64,000 nt of DNA from the NCBI GenBank assembly GCA_951406725.2, contig OX597819.1, positions 109,926,001-109,990,000 on the forward strand, given 5' to 3'. The position numbers were made by a program, and so were the translations under genes. Position 1 is the first letter of the stretch, and each line of letters begins with the position of its first letter. The DNA is from Octopus vulgaris. Lineage: Eukaryota. Below, in pieces: positions 54,155 to 64,000 of this stretch. Under the pieces are notes generated by a model. That model did no database searches. It was given only the letters and a program-made list of their open reading frames with translations, and was not told where the DNA came from.

Positions 54155-54755
54155 AAATAGGGAAGATGAGAATGGTATATATTAATGAGATGACGGCATA
54201 GAGGAAGGGAGTAAAAGAATAAGGAGATGGAGAGAAAGAAGATGCTGTAGAAACAAGAGCAGAAATCCTTATGTGCAATTCTGCGAAAATCCATGAGCAT
54301 AAGTCCTGAGGTGTAATTCTGCGTAGATATAATAAACCTCTTGAGAATAGACGCGAACACATCAACGTTCAATAACAGAATAGTTGCGCAGGTTACTTTA
54401 CTCTAAGCCAATCCTTAAATTTTCCCCTCACTCTATCTGCCTCTCTTTCTATTTCTTTCTTTCTTTTCTTTTCTTTATTTTTACTGCTTAATAGTCACCT
54501 CCGCTACTATTCTGTTATTGAGCGTTAATACGTTCGCGTCTTTTTTTTCTCTAGGGGTTTATTTTATCATGGATCTACGCAGGATTGCACCTAAGGACTT
54601 ATGTTCTTGTTTCTACAGAATCGGAAAGTTGAACTATGAACTTTTATGCTTCTTTTTTCTTCTTTTTCTCCCTCCCTCTCCTTATTCTTTTACTCCCTTC
54701 CTCATATTATATATATATATCTTACAATTCTCATTTTCCCTATTTTTCCCGATTC

Positions 54756-54811
54756 GTCTCTGATGACGGAATATCCCATATTCGGGGATATCCACGAAAC
54801 AGCTGTAATAC
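54756..54811 (+). ncRNA. Type I hammerhead ribozyme motif
   Basis: GUCU-CUGAUGA-CGGAAUAUCCC(AUAUUC)GGGGAUAUCCAC-GAAA-CAGCUG-UA|AUAC. Confidence 0.7.
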
Positions 54812-55038
54812 TTTGAAGGTTTTTCCAATAATAATTTTGTATACGACTTGAGATGTTTGCCTTGCCTTAATGTTTGTTGTCCTCTTTAACAATTATATAT
54901 CCGCTGCATCAGAAATCTGCAATGGCCCCATAACTACCTTGGAGCGCTTGTAATCCGTTACAGCACTTACTTAATCGTTTAGAACACCTGTAAACTAAAC
55001 TCCCATACTTAGTGTGTGTGTATATATATATATATATT

Positions 55039-55090
<52 letters not shown>

Positions 55091-55314
55091 TATTATTATT
55101 GGCCTGCTCGCTTAGCCAGCGGGGTGGCGTCATTCGAAGGCTAAAACAATGCGAACGCATTGTGACCAGCGATGTGTAAAACATCTGATGGTCTGGTCGG
55201 AAAAAAAAAATATATATTATATATTATACATATATATATATTACATATTATACATATATATATATTACATATTATACATATATATACATATATACATTAT
55301 ATATATTATATATT

Positions 55315-55395
<81 letters not shown>

Positions 55396-55829
55396 CGTGG
55401 AGTTGAGTTAAAGACTAGTTCTCTAGTTCTGTTACACCTATATATAACGTACTATACAGATAAGACTTCTATAGAAGCTATATCTTTATCAGAAATATTT
55501 TATTGAAATTTACTGAGAACATGACTAACTTCCTATCAATTATTTTATCCGCCATATTGCTTTTTATTATTTTTACATCTAGGAAGCCTCTCTTGCACTC
55601 ATGATCCCACGTTTGAAACTCACTCTCATAACTACAGTCGACAAAAGATATTACCATTTACTATTTTCCTCGAGAGTTGAATTCCAAACTTGGAAAGACC
55701 TAATCGAAAATCATGAATATGCGTGTAAGTAATACTGCAAGAATTTTTTTTCTGTTGTGGAATTGTTTCTGCTGAAACAAATAAATATAAAAGAAGTGTA
55801 TTTATTACGTGTGTATGCGTGTGAGTGTG

Positions 55830-56040
55830 TGTGTAGGTGTAGTTTCGCAATTGTTTACATTTGCTCAGTTTATTTTTATACTTATATCATTATTCCTTAA
55901 GTGCCAAATGTGTGTTGATATCAACGTAAAAGTCCTGTAAATACTGCACAAAGAGTATATCTGTTGTGCACATCTGGTTTTGTATGTCCCACTTGTTGCT
56001 CCCGTGTAGTTGTCGGTCGTTTGATGATGTGCGTTTGCTA
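55830..56040 (-). mobile_element. Ancient Penelope GIY-YIG fragment
   Basis: NYTGATSGTYKTRCAQQ and STHIWHLRNNDISIKIN parallel KYVGLTEGNFKARFNNH and LSNHIWSLRDKGVDYNIQ of the 40857 ORF. Confidence 0.55.
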
Positions 56041-56419
56041 TGAAAGATCATAATGATAATGAAATCTAGTACTAATAGTAAATGGACAAGTGCTCTGAAA
56101 GTGACTTGTTATGGATGGTAGTAGAGATTGAATTCTTGAGACATCTCTTTTGAATGCATTGTTTTAAAAATATTTGCGTGGGTTTTATTCTAAACAGCAG
56201 TAGTAGTAAAATAAGGAAGGAGGTAGCGGATAGGAAGAAGAAGATGAAGGAGAAGGAGGCGAAGGAGGAGAAGAGAAAGAATAATAAAAGAATGCGGGGG
56301 TGGTATGATAGTAGTAAGATGTTAAATGGTCAAGTAACCTAAAAGTAGCTCGTTGTGGATTATAGTAGTGATTGGGACTGTTTGGGTATCTCTTAATATT
56401 TGTGTGTGTGTTATTCTAA

Positions 56420-57433
56420 GGTCGTGGTGGATATGTCATTTGTAGATGCGTTCAAAAAGGGTCTGTATTTTGTGATAAAGAACAACTCTTTACTAATTTG
56501 TTGGCTACAGGTTGTATCGTCTCTGAATTGATAGATGGTAGAAATTCTGAAGCTTGGATTTTTGTTATTGGCGCAAATAACGATGTGTTGGCTGAATGCT
56601 ATTTTTCTGTTTTTCGGAATTTTGATCTGAGATCTGTACAGAGCCATCCATTAAAGTAGACTGTTTTTTGTTTGGCCTATGTATTGCTCTTAACACCCAG
56701 AGCAGGTTAGTGCGTATATCAGGTTCCCCGAAGCACATGTGAAGCTGCTTTTCACAGTGAAACGTTGTCTGCGTTTGAAGGAGAACTCTGATCCCTGAAT
56801 TAAATTGACGCATATCCCACAGTTGGGTCTTCCGCATTTTTTTACTGACGGCTTCAGTGTTGTTGTTGAGCGTATTAGAGCTTCTGTTGGGAGACTTTTC
56901 ATAGATTTGGGTTATCTCTTGCTTTTTATGATAGTGTGTGTTTGGAGGATTAAGTTCATTCTGTGGTCCGTTTTAGCATCGAAGGATGGTGTCGAAGGTT
57001 TCATTGTTAAGAGGGTTGTGTGTAGAGATGTATGGTAGAGCTTTTGGTTGAAAATCCTTCTTTAATTTGGGCTGTCTGAGTTCATGGATGTTAAGTTGTT
57101 GGGCACGTTGAAAGCATATGCCAATTAGTGAAGGTGGGTAGTTCGTGGTGATGAACTTTAGCTCATGTAGTCGTGTGTCCCTGGTGCTTGTATTAGAAAC
57201 TATAGTACAGATCCTTTTTGCTAGGTTGAAGGAGATATTCATTCTGGTGTGTCTGGGGTGGCATGAGTTGAACGGTAGATATTGCTTGGAGCCCGTGGGC
57301 TTATAGTATATATGTTTCTTTATGTTGTTAGATTTCTTAATGAGGATGTCGAAGAAGGGAAGGTGCTGATGGCTATATTCCATCGTGAATTGAACGTTTA
57401 CATCAAGTCCATTTATAAGTGCTTGAAATTCCT

Positions 57434-57437
<4 letters not shown>
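56420..57437 (-). mobile_element. Decayed Penelope-like element (RT thumb plus GIY-YIG), second family
   Basis: VQFTME....LPFFDILI, YYKPT..KQYL.FNSCHP, KCGRPNCGIC, FTCASGNLIYALTCSGC*EQYIGQT, ELFFITKYRPFLN; frameshifts and stops. Confidence 0.88.
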
Positions 57438-57513
<76 letters not shown>

Positions 57514-58116
57514 CATATATATACAGACATATTTACTTAGAGAGAAAGAGAGAGGGAGAGGGAGGGAGAGGGAGGGAGAGAGAGTGTATGTGCGTGTATG
57601 TGTATGCATTTGTTTGTGCATATATAGATGTGTGTATGTGTTTGTATATACATGCATGTACATGTATGTAACATCATCATCATTATCATTGTCCTTTTTT
57701 TTCTGTCCGAGTCAGATATAGAACCACCATTTTCTATGTCAGCTTTGGCATGGTATCAATAATTGGATACCCTTCTTAAGACCAACCACTTAAGAGTGGA
57801 CTGGGTGATATATGAATGAGCAATCGTATGAGTATCACATGTATGTTAGTGTGTCATATGCCAAACAATGTAGTGTTCCTGCAACACGTGAGAGCTACAT
57901 GGTAGTGGACACAGAGATAATACTGTCCCGCCCTCAGGAAGTTTCTAAAATTTCCAATTCATTCCTGGTGTTGTCTTACAATTTTTCTTACCACCTTAAC
58001 AATGTTTATATTTTACCGACTTGGCTTAAATCCATGTGACCCATTAAACTAATTATCTTGTCGTTTGTATTTGACGTTACATGAACGAAATGAATATCCT
58101 TTTTGTTCTCCCTTAG

Positions 58117-58163
58117 ATATGGATCTCGTGGCATATCAGAGTTGTATAGACAATTACGGATTA
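58117..58163 (+). CDS. BCR/ABR-like exon, PH-C2 linker (MDLVAYQSCIDNYGL)
   Basis: ttttgttctcccttag| acceptor, |gtaagt donor, 47 nt, phase 1-0. Confidence 0.6.
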
Positions 58164-58237
58164 GTAAGTCAATGTCTACCATTTTAAACAGTTTTCTTCA
58201 CCTGACCATATGTCTGTACACACACACATACACACAC

Positions 58238-58283
<46 letters not shown>

Positions 58284-58380
58284 AAAATACTAGGGGAGTA
58301 TAATGCATTACTCATTACATAAAATTCTTTTTTGTGGAAACATCTGTAAACTGATGAATCAACTTATTTCCCTTTCATCC

Positions 58381-58484
<104 letters not shown>

Positions 58485-58509
58485 GTCTGTCTGTCTGTCT
58501 CTGTCTGTC

Positions 58510-58544
<35 letters not shown>

Positions 58545-58545
58545 G

Positions 58546-58638
<93 letters not shown>

Positions 58639-58639
<1 letters not shown>

Positions 58640-58940
58640 GGTCTTTTCCGTAGACTTTTCTTTCTACGGGTAAACCTCACCTGTCCCCCACTTTACACTT
58701 CATATTGACATTTCTGTGATAACGATCCCTATTGATCAATTTTTTTTCTTCCTTTCCCTTTTTCCCCCGCCCTTTTTTAAAAAAAAATTATTCCCCCCTT
58801 TTCTTTGTCCTCTTTCTTTCCCTTTACGATCCCTTTTGATCGAAAACCAAACCCCCTTTTTTACCCCCAAAAGAAAAGCTCTACCTTGTAATTTGTCCTG
58901 TCTGTGTGCAGCCCTGTGTGGCTAATAAAGAAACATATCT
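58639..58940 (+). mobile_element. 3' UTR-only copy of the Tx1-like LINE, again inside (TATC)n
   Basis: Shares TTTTGATCGAAAACC and CTCTACCTTGTAATTTGTCC..TCTGTGTGCAGCCCTGTGTGGCTA.TAAAGAAAC with 35870-36060. Confidence 0.88.
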
Positions 58941-58960
58941 ATCCATCCATCCATCCATCC

Positions 58961-59082
<122 letters not shown>

Positions 59083-59103
59083 ATATATATATATGTGTGC
59101 GCG

Positions 59104-59162
<59 letters not shown>

Positions 59163-59317
59163 CGCTTTTGCTGCCTCGGGCCTATTGCAGAACATCCTTA
59201 CCCAATGTGCCACGTAGTGGGATTGAACCAGGATTATATGGTTGGGAAACAAACTTCTTACCGCACAGTCTCGTCCGCGCCTATTTCAGTGTTAAAATCT
59301 TTTCTTTATTTTGACAG

Positions 59318-59348
59318 ATTCCAAGATTGATTAGTCTGAACAACACAA
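59318..59348 (+). CDS. BCR/ABR-like micro-exon (IPRLISLNNT)
   Basis: tttctttattttgacag| acceptor, A|gtaagc donor, 31 nt, phase 0-1; only this frame is open; compare BCR IPLTINKED. Confidence 0.6.
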
Positions 59349-60530
59349 GTAAGCAGAAAAAAATTTTTTTATACTCAATTATCTATTAACTAAGAAAAAC
59401 CCTATCATTAATTACACAGAAAGGCTGTTTGAGAAGCAGAACTTAAGATAATGTCTGCGTAATGAAACGTATATTAGAAATCTAATTATAAATATTTTTG
59501 TTGTAAGGAAAAGACATAAACGTAACGGAGAAAAAACTCCATTATTTAAAAACATTTTTGCCAAGTAAGGAAGGCAACACCAGGCATGTTTCGGTCCCAT
59601 AAACCCTCCTCTGTTGGGTATATACTTTCCTCATAGGGATAAGAAAATTACTAAGTACATGTAAAATTACTAAGTACTAAGTACATGAAAATTACTAAGT
59701 ACAAAGCAGAGCCTGACGGGGTGGGATGGTTGTGGAAAATACTACAATATTAAAAAAAGTAAAATATTTAAGTAAGTAAATAAGGTCGACGGGTATGATA
59801 AAATCTGTACTTCGCCGAAGAGAGCTAATAAGTCTGGAACATGTTTGGAATTACACCCCGCTGTTCCTCGATGCAATAATTAAACTAGTATTGGTTTCAA
59901 ATTTCTGGCACAAACCAGCAGATTCAGGGCTGGGAGTAATTCGATTACATCGACTCTAGTGTTCAACAGGTTGAAAGGCAGAGTCGACTCCGCCAGAGTT
60001 TGATCTTAGAACATAAAGACGGGCGAAATATCGGTAGGCATTTTGCCCGGCGTACCAACGTTTCTACTAGTTGGCCGGCTTAGTGATTACTTATTGAACC
60101 ATGTGGTCTTTTCCTCGTCACATCAGAATTTCTAATTAAGTTTTTATGCTACTAATACAGTCTAACATGAAAAGAAAATCCCAGCACGAGATGTTCGGTG
60201 AGATAGAGTAGCGAACAACACATCCAGTGCCTGCTGGGAGTCCGAGTTTGCGATTATATCAAATGCGTATTTCCAAAGCTTAAGCCACATCTAATACTTA
60301 TGTTTTACTAGCGACCTTATATCAGTATCACTCTTGTAACCATATTACAATATTGGAATTGCTTCGTAGCCAATCAATAACCAGTAGTTATACTGGTTTT
60401 GGTTTTTAATTGGCCATGAAATTACTTCCTACCTCATACCGATGTATATATTTATATACAAGCATAGAAGCATATACAAGCTTTTATTCAAAATAATTAT
60501 TTTGACGCAGGGAAAACTGGATAATAGTTA

Positions 60531-60568
60531 ATTATGACGTTTCGGATAAAGTTCTTCATCAGAATATA
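60531..60568 (-). ncRNA. Degenerate minimal hammerhead motif
   Basis: UAUU-CUGAUGA-AGAACUUUAUCC-GAAA-CG-UC|AUAAU; core intact, stems weak. Confidence 0.5.
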
Positions 60569-61024
60569 AGTGAAGATTATAGCGAGGAAAAGGTAAGACA
60601 GGGAAAACATAAACACTATCAAAATTATTTGAACGAAGTCCAGTGCCATCATCTCTAAATACGACCCCCACGTGTTAATGCCACAATCAACATTACCTCC
60701 AGTATCAGTTCATCCAATGTCAACGAAAGCCTGCTATCATCACCTGTAACAGCAGCACCTCTACAAGCAGTAGCAGCACCTCTACAAACACCAGCATCAC
60801 CAGCAGCAGCAGCACCACCACCACCACCACCACCAACACCACCACCAACACCACCACCATCACCACCAGTATCCCCACCACCACCACTGCAGCTGCCACT
60901 ACCACTATTACCACATTTACTGCGTCTCTATTATCACGTCCAACTTTCATCTCAACCACCTTTACCACCATCACTCAAACACTATCGCCATATTATAACG
61001 ATGTCTGCTGTATTTAATCCACAG

Positions 61025-61099
61025 ATAATCCGCTGAATATCCATGAGGGGACCCTCGATGTCCATGTGCATCAAATAAAGGGAGTTATAGCAGACACAG
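61025..61099 (+). CDS. BCR/ABR-like exon, start of C2 domain (NPLNIHEGTLDVHVHQIKGVIADT)
   Basis: ccacag| acceptor, CAG|gtgagt donor, 75 nt, phase 1-1; compare ABR/BCR YGFL.VIVHSA.GF. Confidence 0.75.
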
Positions 61100-61559
61100 G
61101 TGAGTGGTTTCATTTGCACTTTCTTTTTTTTTTTTTACCTCTACCTGCATGTGTATATATGTGTATAAGAGCGCATATATGTGTGTTTGTGTGCGTAAGC
61201 CCGTTTGCAAGTGTATACGCGTATGTGCGTTTATGTATGTTAGCATATTTGTGCATGTGTTTGCCTGTGTATTTGTGTGCTTGTGTCTGTATGTGTGTTT
61301 ATGTTTGTGCGTCCATATGTATGTGTTGAACCTTGGTCGCTTGTTTCGCTAGAAATAGCAGATAAAATTCCTTCAGATTACATATTAGACCTAATAAAAG
61401 GAACGCATTAGGTAATGTGATCCTCGGTGCTGTATGTCTAATAGGAGGATTTTGTCACGTCTGGAATGGTTTGCAGAAGAGGTCTGACGGGGTGGGGTTC
61501 AACAATATATGTGCGCCTTTATGTATGTATGTCTCTTCTACTTATTAATCATTATGAAT

Positions 61560-62030
61560 CTTCCACTGAGGCTCCAACAAAGATACAAGGCTCCATCTTT
61601 GGGATGTAGTTAACACAGACAAATTCACATTTGGAACTTGAGAAAAGTCTTGCATATTTTTATTATTCCACTCACGGACTGGACTTGTAATGTACGAATC
61701 AGCCGGTCAATTTCTCTTCCTGAAAATCCCAGTTTATCCAGATTCTCCTTTAAGCGTTTACTAACAAAGCCTAGTGCTCCAATTATTATTGGTATGCATT
61801 TGAATTCATAAACTGGATATAGGAGCTAGAGGTTTCGAGGCAGTTGTCCATAGATATCCTATTTTTCTTTGATTTTCAAAGAGATATTTATATCTGCAGG
61901 ACAGCTGACCTCTATGATGATACATACATTTGCCCCTCTGTCCACACCTACCTTTCCCTCTCTGTCCCAAACAGCAATATCCAGCCTGTTATGTCTACAC
62001 TTTACAAAAGTTTTGATCGGATCAACTGAA
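61560..62030 (-). mobile_element. R4/Dong-clade LINE 3' end, same family as 17743-18410
   Basis: Reverse complement matches the RLE-coding region and 3' UTR of the 17.7-18.4 kb copy. Confidence 0.85.
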
Positions 62031-62469
62031 ACTCTCGTCGTGGTAATCGGTGGAGTTCCAGTATTTTATAGTATGTATGTATGTATGTATGTATGTATGT
62101 ATGTATGTATGTATGTATGTATGTATGTATGTATGTATGTATGTGTGCATGCATGCGTGCATGCATATATGTATGTATGTATGTATGTCATTATACAGTT
62201 TTATTCCAAGGTTTTTATGCCAATATAGAAAGCGTCGGTTTCTAACCTAGATCCGAGGTTCCTTCATTGGAATTTCAACATCAACAGGGTATTTTTTAAT
62301 GTATGCGTGTTTGTTTGTTTGTTTGTGTGTGTGTGTGTGCATGTGTGTGCATGTATGTATGTATATATATATGCAGATTTATATGTTTTGTTTCATGTAC
62401 GTCTTCTCATGCATATACTTGCATATCTCGACATGTTCATATATATACTTACATGATAAATTTCAGTAA

Positions 62470-64000
62470 AGTTATACAGATTTTTACATTTCCAGTGATG
62501 GCTTGGATCTGTAGTCTTCAAACCAGCTTTCTCCTTTCTGGTTTTGAGAAGCCTAATTTCTCAAGATTGGTATTTAGGCAGTGCTCCAATAATTACCTCA
62601 ATGTAATCTGGATAGCGTGGCTGTAGATTTGTCAATAGTTCAGTGCAGGTATTCTTTTTTTTTCGTTGATCTTCAGCTCTATGTTAACATCCGCTGGGCA
62701 ACTGATTTCCACAACTGTACACAGTTTCTCTTTGCCCCAAACTATCATGTCAGGTCTATTATGTTTACATTTTATTAAAGTTTTCACTGGGACAATCCAC
62801 CAGTATTCCTTTTTATTAGAAGTGGCTATGACTTCCACCATACTGTGAGTTCTTACTTTTTTGTACTCAAGGTTATCCTTCCGACGGATCTCGTTATACA
62901 GTGACCTAGCTACAACATAGTGTCTCATCGGCAGATAATACCGTGATGACATTTACGGAAAACTGCTTATGATATGGGTGATATCTTCGGTGTTAACTCC
63001 ACAAAGTCTGCATAGGTCATCGCATTTTGCTGCTTTTCCTGCATCTCTGTCCCTTTTGTGCACCAGGTTGATATTTCTTGTTCCTGGATTGCAAATGCAT
63101 ACCCTTCAAAGTGGGAGGTAGTAACCCGGTTGTTGGTCCATGATAGATTGCTTTGATGATCAATGCTACTAACATCCAGGAACTTTCTACAAACATATCT
63201 ATGTATGGTCTTCTGCTGATATACGTTCATCTTTTTCTCTGATGATATATTTGCGGTAGAGTTGTGCAACTTCTTTGGACATGTATTTAAGGTTATCAGA
63301 CAAGGAACGCTGCTCAAGGAGCTGCTTTCCAAGTCTTATGATGTTATCAGCTTCATGTATGCAAATTTGGTCAAGGGATGCACTTCCACACTTGGTGGTT
63401 AAAAGATATTGCCGAAGGGATATGATACAACATTCAAAAGCAGTATGGATTGATGTTAAGCCTCATTCCCCTTGTTTTCGTTTTAGGTACCGGCGGTCTT
63501 GCTTGATTGAGACAGCATTCACCCGGGGTGGGTTGAGCTGGCTTCAGTCATCCTCAATGCTGCATCTCTCACAAATGCCGACCAGGCCTGGCGATTTGAG
63601 GCTAACAACCGCGTGATCTCCAACCACTCCTATTCCAGCGGCGAACACTGTAGACATGGGTGCTTAGGTTGGGTTCCAGGTCAGCTATGACTGTCATCAG
63701 CCAGGTTTTTCGTTGTTCACCACATCGCTTTCACCAACCCTGAAGGCGGTCTACGTCACTGTTTATGTGGAAATTATGTGTGCTTGTTAGTATCTTCCGG
63801 ATTTTCATATCAATGGCTCGGATTTCATCAAGTGTCCAATCAAGCAGCCCAAATGTCGGTATGAGTATTGGCACTGCAAACACATTGTGGGCTACTGTTT
63901 TATTGAATGCAGAGAGTTCCTAGGTCAAAATTTTCTTTATTCGGCTGTAATATTCTTTAGTGATACGCGTTTTGTTACAGGTGCCATCGTAAGATATGTT
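62470..64000 (-). mobile_element. Decayed R4/Dong-clade LINE (post-RT region, CCHC finger, RLE); runs off the window
   Basis: NKTVAHNVFAVPILIPTFGLLDWT, YLKRKQG..GL, EGYAFAIQEQEI, SSRYYLPMRH, HNRPDMIVW..CTVVEISCP. Confidence 0.85.
63500..63744 (-). mobile_element. 5'-truncated RTE-clade LINE 3' end nested in the R4/Dong element, 8-bp TSD
   Basis: GGCGGTCT at 63492-63499 and 63745-63752; peptide QRKTWLMTVIADLE...VRRWN...LASNRQAWSAFVRD; ends CAATCAAGCA. Confidence 0.8.

Larger units (their letters stand above)
54024..54885. mobile_element. Diverged inverted pair of about 370-bp Penelope-type pLTRs, each with a hammerhead
   Basis: 54024-54387 vs 54502-54885 are reverse complements (roughly 80-85% identical by eye). 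Confidence 0.8.

Overview
AT-rich, microsatellite-dense eukaryotic DNA. The SINE families and the (TA)n/(CA)n/(TATC)n/(TATG)n load look like an octopod cephalopod (Octopus-type) genome; this is inferred from repeat content, not from a search. Almost all ORFs in the supplied track are microsatellite artefacts. Hidden among the repeats is a + strand multi-exon gene (exons from about 11.4 kb to 61.1 kb) whose phase-compatible exons spell a highly divergent BCR/ABR-type DH-(PH)-C2 RhoGEF/GAP. It has in-frame stops, a probable 1-nt frameshift and a degenerate DH CR1 motif, so it is probably an unprocessed pseudogene or a decaying paralog. Its introns hold many transposon relics: four tRNA-derived SINE families (one forming head-less concatemers), Penelope-like elements (RT and GIY-YIG) with inverted pseudo-LTRs, at least 14 minimal type I hammerhead-ribozyme-like motifs, a Tx1-clade LINE apparently specific for (TATC)n, R4/Dong and RTE LINE fragments, two non-autonomous Helitrons, a Helentron-like element, a mariner MITE, and several fold-back elements, one enclosing a tRNA-Met-like cloverleaf. 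All calls were made by eye; repeat boundaries are approximate to a few bases, splice coordinates were counted exactly.
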